A stretch of DNA of 49,442 nt, the filler included, from Catajapyx aquilonaris (Eukaryota): NCBI GenBank assembly GCA_000934665.2. It is 2 parts of 2 records of this genome, joined end to end, with 100 filler letters (N's around TTAATTAATTAA, not from the genome) between each part and the next. Parts side by side here need not be neighbours in the genome. Positions count along the whole stretch, not along the records: positions 24,714 to 49,442 come from JYFJ02005482.1; 1 more part is not named here. The stretch is one strand, 5' to 3'. Position numbers and translations under genes: made by a program. Below are positions 24,824 to 36,037 of this stretch, in pieces. Numbering within the stretch: the first letter of the stretch is position 1; each line of letters starts with the position of its first letter. The notes beneath the pieces were generated by a model, which worked only from the letters and a program-made list of their open reading frames with translations, was not told the DNA's origin and searched no databases.

Positions 24824-27800
24824 CTTTTGGAAGAACGGCTTGATCGTTTGGTTCGACGGCCATAGCTGCGGTTTCGGCACCACCTTTGTCGAAAGGGTTG
24901 AATCTGGATGCGTTGTCAGTGAATGCTGTTTGTGCCTGGACCGGGCTTTTGGGCGGAGGTAATAGATTAGGTGTTTCACCAACCTCCTCACTGACAAATG
25001 GCCTGTAAGAAATTAGTCATTGTATTAGTTCAAAATTCATCAGCCTCTGGTAGGTTGGCAGGGTATCACAGCATATTGACAACGGCTGACGGCCCTGTAG
25101 GTAGATTTGTCAAATAGTTTTTCGCCATAGTATATACCTAGTATAATGCTTTGTGAATGTAACGTAATTTCCCACTGCCCCAATAATTTCCCTGCAGGTT
25201 TATACCAGGCATGTTCATTCATTTCATTCTTTGAAAACAAGTCTGCAGCTACACACAGTGAATTTGTCATTTGATTCTATGTAACTTTCATCACATTGCA
25301 ACGAGTTTGCATGGTTGTATTGCAAAAATAACATATCGAAACACCTTTCCCAAATTACAGTATATTGCTTCTTTTCCACTTTTGCCGGATTTCACGCAGT
25401 AGGCTTTAGCATTAAGTGTGATGGGTGTCCGACACTAACTTCATGAGGTGAAAAGTATACACTAAAGGGATTATGATGATTGTGTATGGATAAGGAAGAG
25501 ATGGAAATGTTGATAATAATCTGAGGGAATCGGGATCAATACTATGCTCACAATTTCTTTCCTTTTGAAAACTACACATTTAGATGCATCTTGTGCCAGT
25601 CTGCACCACGGAAAACCAGGCATCGATTTGTTGTTAACCTTTATAAGGTTCACTGTTGTAACGATCAATAAAACCTTCGTCGACGATCTACTTTCATTGA
25701 CACAACCTCGCGTAACAAGCCTTTGTGCTACAGGTATTCCTATATCATGCTTTGCCATTTCCTCTGGTACACTATATGGTAATAAATATTTGAAAAACTT
25801 AGAGTTAAATGGCCTGAAATACTGTATACGTCTGCTCTCGTGATATAACACTTATTTTTCATTCTAACTCTCTTGGCGTATATATTATTGGAGTATATTC
25901 TGTGACTGAATGTGCTCTTATACTGTAAAGTGCTGAGAGTTTATCCAAAACTGTTAATGAAATAATTCCGTTAATAGAAGAGCAAAGTCTGGAAATCGTC
26001 ACTTGCGGCTATACCGTTATAGACCGCACTGGCACTCATTAACTGCACAATATCATGTGAGAATAAAAAAAAGGTCCAGTTTTTCTTGCAAAGCTATGAT
26101 AGGTCTTTGCAAGAAAAACTGAAACCCCAAAAATGAATAACATTTTGAGATTATTTTTCTTTCTTTAAAGCCGTACCTACGTAATAAATCAATACTCACA
26201 CCTGATAGCCATAGCATAATACAAAATAAATCAATAAAATCCTGTTGGAATCTGAGCTCTGATTAAAATCCACCAAAAAGATTCTACATCATGTATCCAT
26301 GAACATATTGCTAGTGAATTTCATCCTTGGAGTAAAATGACTTTCCTCTATTACTTGAAAAGCGGTTTCCTCATGCAGAGGCGAAAAATCTATGTCGAAG
26401 GCTTTCGCTGTGCATGCTAATTACTCTCCCGAAACTGAATTACGCTGCTAATAAGTAAGCCAATATCATTTCCTTCCATCTACCATGAATGTAATCAGAT
26501 GAAAGTGATGCAGTAAAAGTGCTGCAATGTTCCCCTTCGCCTCATGCAGGAAATGTAATACCACATCACAATCAACTCACTTGCTAAAGACAGAGAGGTC
26601 TGGTCCTTCGTTGTCGGATTCTTCCGAGACCTGTTTGGACGCTCCTCTGGCTGGCGTACTTTGTGGCACAGGGGGTGGTTCGGTCAGGGTCAAGAACGGG
26701 TCAAAATGATCATCTGTCCCGAATCCCATGGCCTGTTTTGAACCACCAACGTCTGTGGATGAACCCCATGCTGCGGAAATAAATTCACAGTAAGTTGCGT
26801 CTCATATACAGAATTTCATGGTGGTGAACTGCACAAGTCTCTAGTTCAAGAGGGTGGTAAGTCCAGAAGTTATGGGTTGTTTACACCAGAAAGCCGTTCA
26901 AAGAGAAGCAAAAATCGCAAGTGAATGTGGCCCTGATTGTTGCTTCTAGAGGCTTAACACTCGTTTCTGAAGTAAACATATTGATATTCCCCTACACTCA
27001 CCCTTTTACCAAGGAACTTGGGCAGTTCACCGCTATTGTAAATAGGACATTTTACAACAGCTAACCTTCTATAGCAGGCCCACTAGACGCGGCGAATGGA
27101 TCAAAAGGATCTTTACTCGCGTCTTCTGCAGCAGCCTGTTCAAATCTTGCGGCAAAAGCATCGAAGGCATCTCCTCCGTCACTATGAACCACCACACCGA
27201 CACTTGCACTGCCACCTCCTGTGCCGCCGCCACCACCGCCACCAGTACCAAAAAGGTCATTAACCTGGGCATCAGTAGAGGTAGGAGGGCCTCCAAAGTC
27301 CCCTAGAAGGTCTCCAGAAGCAGCACTGGTTGGAGGGGGTTGCTGACTTCCAAAGAACCCGAAGAGGTCATCCTGCGGTTGCTGTTTCTGTGGCTGCCTT
27401 GGAGGTGGCACTGGTGCTGAGGTCGGTACTTGAGGTTGAGATTGTGACAAGAAGTCCACAAAACCGTGAGATGATTCTTCTTGAGATGTAGTAGTGTCCC
27501 CAAATAATTCCATTGCAGGCTGACTAGGTGCTTCCTGGTGAAGTTGGCCTACATCTGATTGGAGTCCTTCACCGAAGAGGTTACTACCCTGGTCAGCAGT
27601 TTCACCTTCATTTTCACCAGGAGCTGTAAAGCGATCATACGATTCCATTATTATTAATTACTCTAACGATGAATGCCACATAAAACCTGCGTGCTTTAGT
27701 GTTTTAAGCTCATACTAACCCAGTAGGTCAGGAGATGGACTCCTTGGGGTTGGACTTGGGGACAGGTCGGCTTGAGTTGGGCTCGGAGTCTTGGCAGCTC

Positions 27801-29060
27801 TTAGGCGATCTAAAAGATGATCAGACGTGGCTTCCATTGCCCCAGTGACTACCTGTATCAAATCCTGCGTTTCTCTAGACACTAGAGGACGTGGAGGTGG
27901 AGGACGCCCGGGTGGTGGTACTTTCTTCGGTGTCTCCTCTTGGTGAGACATTTCCGTTGCTTGTCCATCCTGAGAATCTGGAGCAGTATCCGGTTCCCGT
28001 TCCTCTGAATCTTGTGGTTTTAATTCAAGCGGAACTTCGGATGGCTGCGCTGGTGCAGGTTCCAACACTGGTTCTGCAAGAGAGTATTAACATTAGCATT
28101 TTATTCATACGTCTATTTTTTTAAAGGCATTAGGGCAGTACCTGAAGCAGTCATTGGTGGAGGGAGGTCTTCAGCAGGTTGGGAGCTGTCTACCCCGAAC
28201 AAGTCTGCAGCAACGGATGTTTGCGGATGTGCAACCCCAAAGACATCAGCTGCTGACGATGCAACTACTTCTGGACCAGCTCCAAATAAGTCTGCAGCAG
28301 AAGTTGGCGCTCCAAAGACATCTGCAGCGGCAGAAGTTGGCGCTCCAAAGACATCTGCAGCGGAAGAAGTTGGCGCTCCAAAGACATCTGCAGCGGCAGA
28401 AGTTGGCGCTCTAAAGACATCTGCAGCAGCAGAAGTTGGAGCTCCAAAGACATCCGCAGCAGCAGAAGTTGGCGCTCCAAAGACATCCGCAGCTGATGAT
28501 ACGACAGAGTCAGGGGGACCTCCAAACACGGCTGCAGCTGAAGATGCAACAGTGTCAACAGGACCTCCAAACATGTCTGCAGGTGCAGCAGAAGCTGGCA
28601 CTCCGAACATGCTGGCCGCAGACGACGCGACGACGTCGACAGGAACGCTGTAAGCTGTGGCAGGAACAGCCGTTGACATTCCAAACACATCTGACGGTTG
28701 AGATGTGCCAAAGAGGCCACTGCCAAACACATTTGCTGAGGAAGACACTGCCGCAGCCTCCGACACACTTCCAAAAAAGTCGGTGGACGTATTTCCAGCA
28801 TCTGACACTCCAAAAGATGCAAACGGATTGGTGCTGGCACCATTTGATGACGAAAAAGAAAAAGTTCCAGCCGATCCACCATGGTCATCTTCAACACCCA
28901 TGTTCAGGAAAGGGTTTGCTGAAGAAACTGCTGCTACAGGTTCCTCGGATGCAGAAAGAAAGGGGTTTGAACTCATCCCTCCCCCTCCACTAACAACGCC
29001 ACTACCAAAACCTCCACTATCATCCGACAGGAAAGGATTAAATCCTTTCTGCACTTCCAT
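24824..29060 (-). CDS. stnB: Stoned-B (stonin family endocytic adaptor), N-terminal part; second cistron, 3'-truncated by the contig end
   Basis: Exons 29060-28142, 28073-27720, 27623-27066, 26770-26581, 25002-24824 have consistent phases. Five NPF motifs (four at the N-terminus, plus LPPPKSP...SRFNPFDK), DPF motifs, FDAFAARF and Pro-rich tracts. It starts 20 nt after the stnA stop. The stonin- and mu-homology domains are not in the window. Confidence 0.88.
26077..26121. repeat. Intronic hairpin
   Basis: CAGTTTTTCTTGCAAAG-(11 nt)-CTTTGCAAGAAAAACTG, 17-bp perfect arms. Confidence 0.8.
28291..28493 (-). repeat. Coding 33-nt tandem repeat (AAADVFGAPTS x6) in stnB exon 1
   Basis: Six near-identical 11-aa units are visible in both DNA and translation. 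Confidence 0.9.
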
Positions 29061-29080
29061 GGTTGATGTGTTTATCTTAT

Positions 29081-32000
29081 TTAATTCAAAAGTTGAGATT
29101 CGAGTACCCTGATTTCAGCCTTGCCTGGTTGAGCGACTTTGTCCACTATAGAAGTGTCAAAAGGATCTGCTTCTTCTTCTTCTAATTCACCGCCACCAAT
29201 TTCAAAAACTTTCCTTTCTACTTGAGGTGTTAGTGGCTTTACTTTGTGAGGATCCTTGGACTCCAAAAGATGATGCTGATCAGTATCCTGAGGTTCTCCT
29301 TCTTCTGGAGGCTCGTCTGTACGGGGGTTAAAATCAGGGTCGGTTACTGACCTCTTTAATGATGTTTCTTCTCCGTTAACCAACTCGTCGGCTAGCAATT
29401 TTAGTTCTGCTTTTCCGGGAACAATGTTGTCTGCAATTGAAGTATCGAAAGGGTCTTCGTAGGCTGTTGCTTCAAGTTGCAGTCCAACAACCGGTGTTAA
29501 TGGTTTCACAGTATCGTCTTTTGTTCCTAGAGTCTCGGTTAAATCTAATGTGCTTGGAGGTGGTGGTCGAATTGGAGCTGCTGGCCTTGCCGGAGCTGCT
29601 GGTCTGAATGGAGCTGCTTTTGGTTGTCCTTCCTCTGCTTTTACTTCTCCTCTTGGATCAAAGTCTTCGTCCGATAAGCTCTTCTTTATAACAGCAGGAA
29701 TAGCGGTAGGTACAGTGGCAGGTATAACTATCGGTATCGACGGTACAGTAATTACGTCAGGTATAGTACTTTGCAATAATTCGTCTTCCAAAACTTTTAG
29801 CTCCGACTTTCCAGGAAGGATGTTATTGGCTATGGAAGTGTCAAAGGGATCTAGTTCTTCCTCTTGGAATGCTTTTCTCTCAACCACAGGAGTAAGAGGT
29901 TTGACACGATGCTGATCGCCCACTTCTAAAATAGCTTCGGCAGTAAGAGAAGCTTCCGGCGCCTTGGGAAGACACTCGTCTGTTTCTCCTTCCCGGGGAT
30001 TAAAGTCGTCGTCAGAAGTGCTCTCAACCGTGCCGACTAATTCGCTTTCAATTAGTTTAAGTTCAGCCTGTCCCCGAGGCAATATCTCTGCATATGAAGT
30101 GTCAAATGGATCTACGTAGTTTAACTTATCGTTGGAATTTTCCACGAGGGGAGTGAGGGGTTTGAATTCCGGTTTGGCCTCACCTTCAGGAGAGTGGAGC
30201 AAATCTGGTGGCAACACCTTTTGCACGGGCAACTCTTGAGGTCGAGGTTGAGGTACACTTTTAGCTGGCTCCTCTTTGCGGGGCTCAAACTCAAAATCAG
30301 AGAACCGTCGAACTTGTGGGATTGCTTGTGCTTCGGACAATTCCTTTTCCAACTGCTTCAATTCCGCTTTTCCAGGGGCGATGGCTTCCACGTGGGAAGT
30401 GTCGAAAGGATCTAGTTCTTCTTCCTCTTTCTTCTCCTCTTGGGCTATTTCTGCAGCAGGAGTGAGGGGCTTGACAATGCCTTCCGAAAGAGCGTCTTCG
30501 TCGTCGAATGCCCCGACCTTTAATGCATCCGGACGTAGCTGAGGTAGTGGTGGAGGTGGTTCCCCGGCTCGAGGATCAAAATCATCGTCATCTTCTTCTA
30601 CTTTGTCAACAGTTGAACGCAATAGTTCTTCCTCGAGCAACCGCAGTTCCGCCTTGCCTGGAGCAGCAGTAGTTTCAACAACGGAGGTGTCAAAGGGGTC
30701 AAAGTCGTCTGGTGGAGGTTTTGGTTTCTCTTCTTTCGGAACAACTGGTGCGATTGCTTCTCCCAACTGTGTCAAGTCAGTGGTGCTACCACTGAGAAGG
30801 TCTTTAGCAACCTCTAAGGAGGACTTTGGTTCAAATTCTTCATCAGGAATTGCATTTGGTTCCGATTTAGCTGGCGGGGGTCTACTTGGAGGTCCAGGCC
30901 TTGCTGGTGCAGGTCGTGGTGGTGCAGATTTTTTGGGTGGTTCAACTTCACTACTGTCTTCAAATTCAGCCCACTCTGATTTCCCAACTGGCTTCTCTTC
31001 TGGGGGTTTCTCTACTCCTCTTTCTTCTTTCTCTACTTCTATACCAGTACCCAAAGCAAAATCTGCAACCGAGGTGTCAAAAGGATCTGATGCGAATGGG
31101 TCCTCTTGTTCGTCCTTGACAGGTTCAGTATCAGCGGTTGGCACAGACTCGGTTGGTTTTTGTAGCGATTCTGATGCAAGAGCTGCAAACTCGTCTTCTA
31201 GGTCGTCGTCTTCGTCTCTTTCCTGCTTGACTGCTGGTGCAGGAGTTTCGTCCAAAAGTGATTCGACCCCAACGTCCGAAGCTGTCTGATCGATTACATC
31301 AAATTCGGCAACTAAATCCTTCAACCCCACGTCATCTTCCTTTACATCTGCAGCCTCTTTTGGCGAAGATGTTTCCTTGTCAGAGGCTTTTGGGGCAGCT
31401 ACAGCGGCAGTTACTAGAGTTGAATCTAGAGACTCTACAGCCAGTAGGTCATCCGAGACGTCAAGATCAAGTATACTCTCTGGTACTGTTTCGAGGGTTG
31501 GCTCAACAGGCGACTTTGGTTCAGGTTCTGTTTCTTGGGCTCCGTCACCTGCGTCAAAGCTCCCAAGCAAAAGGTTGACTTCCCGGGGAACAACACGGCG
31601 CCGTTTGCTGCTCTTGCTCCCAGATCCAGTTATAGCAGCTGCCTGATCTTTGTCGACTATTCCAGAGAGAACCTCAGCAGCCAAGCCCAAGTCCACTAGT
31701 TTCTTTTTAGGTTTTCCAGGAGTAACTTCCGGCTCGTTACTTTTGATGAGCGCGTCAACAGCGGAGGTGTCGAAAGGGTCCGGTTCGTCGTCCTTGGTAT
31801 CTTCTGTGGGGCTTTCTGGTACGTAGGCAAACTTAACTTCACCACTTGTTACCACATCTACGTATGAAGTGTCAAAGATGTCCTCGTCTTGCTCTGGTTC
31901 CTCTTCTGGGATTTCAACTATGTGCAACTGCTCAGGTAAATCGTCCTGTGTAGAAACCTCCGCCTCTGCAGCTCCCGCGGTTGCGCTGTCACCTTCCTGT

Positions 32001-32470
32001 ACAACGGCCCCTGCTTCCTGTGGTTGATTTTCTTTATCAGATTCGACTTCTTCTTCTTCCGGCTGTTGACCTTCCCCAAATCCTATCCACTTTTTTGATT
32101 TGCCACTACCCTTACGTTTAACCGGTTCTTTGCTTGGTACCTTTTCCTGCTCCTCCTTTCGCTTTCTTTGAAAGTAACTGTCACCCTTGATGCGATCTAG
32201 ATCTTCCTGGGTCTTTTTGAGGACAGTGTCAATACCACTGGTAAGCGCCTTGAATCTCTGCCATTCTTCGTTCTCCTCCTTCGGTTCGGCTTCTTCAAAC
32301 TCTGGATCTTCAAGAGCTGCTGCAGCCGCGGCGGCCCTCTTTCCTTCTGCAGCTTCTTCCTGGTCTCTTCTGTACTTGTCGAGCTCCTCTGCGCTGAAAA
32401 GTTCGTCGTCGTGATGCTTGCCCTTCTTGCCTTTGATCTTCTTCTTAATTCCCTTGGTTAGTTTGTGCAT
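29081..32470 (-). CDS. stnA: Stoned-A (1129 aa, single coding exon); first cistron
   Basis: Starts MHKLTKGIKKKIKGKKGK just after the acceptor CTTTCAG| at 32496. Contains EEWQRFKALTSGIDTVLKKTQEDLDRIK, eight DPFDTS motifs, six PGKAELxxLE-type repeats, and DFDPR/KPLTP repeats. Highly acidic with no internal Met. The ORF-track extension to 32608 is intronic. Confidence 0.93.
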   Translation of the reverse strand: MHKLTKGIKKKIKGKKGKHHDDELFSAEELDKYRRDQEEAAEGKRAAAAAAALEDPEFEEAEPKEENEEWQRFKALTSGIDTVLKKTQEDLDRIKGDSYFQRKRKEEQEKVPSKEPVKRKGSGKSKKWIGFGEGQQPEEEEVESDKENQPQEAGAVVQEGDSATAGAAEAEVSTQDDLPEQLHIVEIPEEEPEQDEDIFDTSYVDVVTSGEVKFAYVPESPTEDTKDDEPDPFDTSAVDALIKSNEPEVTPGKPKKKLVDLGLAAEVLSGIVDKDQAAAITGSGSKSSKRRRVVPREVNLLLGSFDAGDGAQETEPEPKSPVEPTLETVPESILDLDVSDDLLAVESLDSTLVTAAVAAPKASDKETSSPKEAADVKEDDVGLKDLVAEFDVIDQTASDVGVESLLDETPAPAVKQERDEDDDLEDEFAALASESLQKPTESVPTADTEPVKDEQEDPFASDPFDTSVADFALGTGIEVEKEERGVEKPPEEKPVGKSEWAEFEDSSEVEPPKKSAPPRPAPARPGPPSRPPPAKSEPNAIPDEEFEPKSSLEVAKDLLSGSTTDLTQLGEAIAPVVPKEEKPKPPPDDFDPFDTSVVETTAAPGKAELRLLEEELLRSTVDKVEEDDDDFDPRAGEPPPPLPQLRPDALKVGAFDDEDALSEGIVKPLTPAAEIAQEEKKEEEELDPFDTSHVEAIAPGKAELKQLEKELSEAQAIPQVRRFSDFEFEPRKEEPAKSVPQPRPQELPVQKVLPPDLLHSPEGEAKPEFKPLTPLVENSNDKLNYVDPFDTSYAEILPRGQAELKLIESELVGTVESTSDDDFNPREGETDECLPKAPEASLTAEAILEVGDQHRVKPLTPVVERKAFQEEELDPFDTSIANNILPGKSELKVLEDELLQSTIPDVITVPSIPIVIPATVPTAIPAVIKKSLSDEDFDPRGEVKAEEGQPKAAPFRPAAPARPAAPIRPPPPSTLDLTETLGTKDDTVKPLTPVVGLQLEATAYEDPFDTSIADNIVPGKAELKLLADELVNGEETSLKRSVTDPDFNPRTDEPPEEGEPQDTDQHHLLESKDPHKVKPLTPQVERKVFEIGGGELEEEEADPFDTSIVDKVAQPGKAEIRVLESQLLN

Positions 32471-34483
32471 ATTCCACCGGAGTGTCACGAAGTGGCCTGA
32501 AAGTAATTCGTATATGACCTTACGCTCCAATAATATTTGCCTATGCATGCTCATAAACCACATTATGTCCTTGTGAGTGGTTTTATTCTCATAATGCAAT
32601 CCATGCAAAATAATTGTGCCGTTCGTATCATTTTACAGCTCACTGCACTGTTTACTAATAATGGTAATGATGAAGTTGATCATTACTAGATAGTCTGTTA
32701 TTCTCACTATTGTTAAGCATAGACTACTACTTGTGTACTAGCCTACCTGTTGCAATTTTGATCTGAATCTCCATATGCAAGTTAGGAGTATGATTTCACG
32801 TACTATACAATCATAAACAGTAGCCTACTTGACACGTAGCCTACTATAAGACAAGCCAATAAGTTTCGACCAAATGTACCTTGGCGCTAGAGAACCCTCA
32901 GCAAGAACTTTCACCTTGCAGGAGTGCTGACAATTGGACAGCGCCAATATGCCCTTCGCCTATTGTTTGACATACAGGCCTAATACGTTGTCAATAATCA
33001 AAAGCTTCGCCAAAAATATTGGTATGATATGTTACATTTTAGGCCTACTGTATTTTGGATGCGCGTCTAACGTAGTCTAACGTCCAAAATTATTGGTATC
33101 CAATTCCCTCTATAGTTATGCTAATTCGCACTTTAGCTATTACAGTATTATTACCTGACGCTCTCAATATCAGGCTGAAACCTTTTTCCTAGAAAACATT
33201 GCGTCACCATTTTTTTTATTGCGTGCTATAGCATTATGAGTCGAGTCTGGTGCTATTTATGGCCATTTCATTGTCAGTATCGTCCATACAAAAATTACCT
33301 AACTGCGACGCCTCAAACTTAACAATAAGAGTGATTCGCAGTCCAGAAGGAGTAAAGGCTACATTCAGCCAACGACAAAGTTTGTCCGAATTCTCCTGCG
33401 AGCTGCTAATGACTTTCCATGTTACATCAAATAAAGTCATAAAATATTGTGACTGATCGCGGCACTCTCGCACCGAAAACACCATGTCACGCATATTGTA
33501 GGCCTATATGCCAGCAGTTGAGCCTGTCACTCTTGCCTTCGAGTATTCGGGTTCAAGGGAATGGCCTAAAAACAATCGATCAATAATTTGCACATTTCAT
33601 ACACGTCAGAGGACATTCCACAGTACCGTATAATATTATTAACATAATCTGACACACTAGCAAATTTTCATGCGGTAGAAAAGTCATTGGTTGTAAATTA
33701 GGCATTAGGCATTAGCCCTGGTTATGAAATGACCTGCAAGTGCTACTGCCGTCGCAGTAGGGCGCCATGTTAGAAAACCAGAAGTCAATAAATGGGACGA
33801 AAACCGGCCGGAGAATGACGTCATTGCCCATGGCGGCGTCGTATATGGCCCAGTCTTGAGAAAATGGATACCATCTAGAGCTAAAAATACACCACAAACT
33901 ACTGACACGATATGAGATATTACAGGTGCATCAAAAGAATTGGATCACCACCATGTAGTCTGAAGTGGTATGTGCACAGCAAGTGTACCACTAGGGTGCC
34001 TCCATATTATGAAAATAAGTTGTATGTCACATTATGTACAACAATTATACAGTTTTCAACACTGATCCTGACAAGGTAATGAACACCTTTCATTTCCAAT
34101 ATGACCACGCACAACACATGCACACAACCTACGCACACATCCGCGCTTACCTCCTCCGGCATGACAGGGCACGACCCCTGCTTGATATCACTTCCCGAGA
34201 CATGAATCAGAGAGCTGGCCACGGATTCCAACCGAACAATAAGCAATACCTAGGACACACACTCAAACTCCCACGCACACACTCAAAGACTAGAACCACG
34301 GAGGTGGTTGGAAGGAAAATGGTGCCATTTGACTAAACAACGAATGTTCTTCTGGTATGTAGGTAAGGTACAGGTGGGGTGGGTGCTAGCAGCTAGTTAG
34401 TGGTGAGTGTTTCAGGTGAGAGTGGGTGTGAAGGCGAAAGAGATGGTGAGGAAGCACTGGGCCAGTCCCACTACCTCACTCAC

Positions 34484-34655
34484 CCCCTTGCTTTTTGGAT
34501 CGATCGATTGGTCGCACGCACGAGGATGGCATCTCTTTCAGGAGCACCTCTTCCGCGCAGCGCAGATGGCGCCAATGCTGGAGATATTGACCTCCATGTA
34601 ACCTCCTCGCCCACACACTCAAATTTCGCTCAAAATGGCAGGCGGCCCAGCTAGA
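34484..34655 (-). promoter_or_regulatory. Putative promoter/first non-coding exon of the stoned transcript
   Basis: GC/CpG-rich patch with GCCATTTT and a strong donor GGG|GTGAGT at 34484/34483, upstream of the stnA acceptor. Confidence 0.4.
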
Positions 34656-35358
34656 GATCGATCGGTCAAGGCTCATCTGGTGTCCTCCGCAATATAGGGA
34701 CTGTTTCATCATCATGGTGGAAGGCAGGTGCACCACAGTGGTCATTCATAAACAAGCAGTAATGACCACCTGCAGTCAAAAAGTCTGTACTGGAGCATGG
34801 AGCTTCGGGGCTAATGTTGTAATCGACACTTATCTTTGTGTAATATTATGCAAGAAGTGATAGTAAACTTATATAGCTGTAATATCAGATTTTGCAATGA
34901 GTAGTTTGCCCAAATCTGTAAAGTGACCTTAAGGGATGACAATAAAAGGGCACCTTACTGAGTCTTATTTCTCTGCAATATTAACGTCACTTTCGAATTT
35001 GAAAGCTACCGGTTCCGTGCCCTGGTGGAAAGGGTGCGTACTGTTGGCCTCGATGGCTGTTAGCTGCTTTGAAATTGCACAAACTCAACCTTCGTGGGAG
35101 CTCCTCTGACCACCTTCACCCGGTATTCTACATGTACTATAAGCACAATATACTATAAGCACAGTCATATTGTTGGCGTGTATGAGAAAAGTCTGCTGTT
35201 GCGCACTCTATGTGCTACATAAAAATTATATTATCTGCAGTCTGACTCTTCTGTAGTGGCCAACACAGCCACCTGAAGCGACAGCATCCTGTATACTGGA
35301 GAGTCGCATAATTATGTGAATGAATTCATCCGGGCAACTTTTACCACTTTCTAAAAAT

Positions 35359-36037
35359 GAATGACCCAGAATGGAAAGGGCATAAGTCCATGAGACAAAA
35401 TTTTACAGGGGAGACAAAAAACTTAAATGCGGCATTGTAAATTCGTCAAGGTGGTCGGACTCGCGGGAATGTTGATCTTAGTCGACATTGGCATCATGTT
35501 GAGCAGAGTTCGGTGGAAAACGCGTCATGACAGATGCGTGAGAGCGATTTAAAGGGACGGGACTTACGTCCGTTTCATCTGAAAGATGGCAGGATGAGAA
35601 AATCTGTGCCGTTCTGTCACATGATAACATAAGTAACACAAAATAATGTATTATTTTGTGTTACTTATGTTATCATGTGACAGAATGGCACATATTTTCT
35701 CATCCTGCCATCTTTCAGAATGAAAGGGACGTAAGTCCCGTCCCTTTACTTCAACATTTTCCTGAATACATGTAGGTATTTACCGGATAATGACACGATG
35801 GACAAAGTGCATTTTCATTCCGAAGCAGCAATTTCAGCATGGAAAAGGTGTAAGTCTAGATCTTCCCCCTTTGCCATTCTGGAGGCAATTCTGACATGCT
35901 AAAATATAGCATATGGGTGGGGACTTTCGCTCCCTCTCATACTGGATCTTATGCCCTCCATGCTGAAGAGTTTTCTTCCGCGAAAAAGTCATTTTGACCA
36001 AAAGGTGGACTTATGCCCTTTCCATTCTGGGTCATTC
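35359..36037. mobile_element. Non-autonomous TIR element, Sola1-like
   Basis: Perfect 32-bp TIR GAATGACCCAGAATGGAAAGGGCATAAGTCCA with AAAT on both flanks (an AWWT 4-bp TSD is typical of Sola1). Long internal palindrome at 35551-35747. Confidence 0.8.

Noticed and set aside
25590..25640. NKSMPGFPWCRL resembling an RNA-virus RdRp SPGxPW motif
   Set aside because: A single short match; no downstream polymerase motifs such as GDD were seen in frame, so no endogenous virus call.
26352..26410. Possible small stnB cassette exon
   Set aside because: In the phase required by the upstream exon it contains a stop codon.
28154..32414. Long plus-strand and alternative-frame ORFs over the stoned locus
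   Set aside because: Antisense or frame shadows of repetitive, compositionally biased coding sequence; no independent motifs.
32471..32608. 46-aa N-terminal extension of Stoned-A in the ORF track
   Set aside because: Most of it lies upstream of a good splice acceptor at 32496 and looks intronic. The family-typical start is MHKLTKG at 32470.
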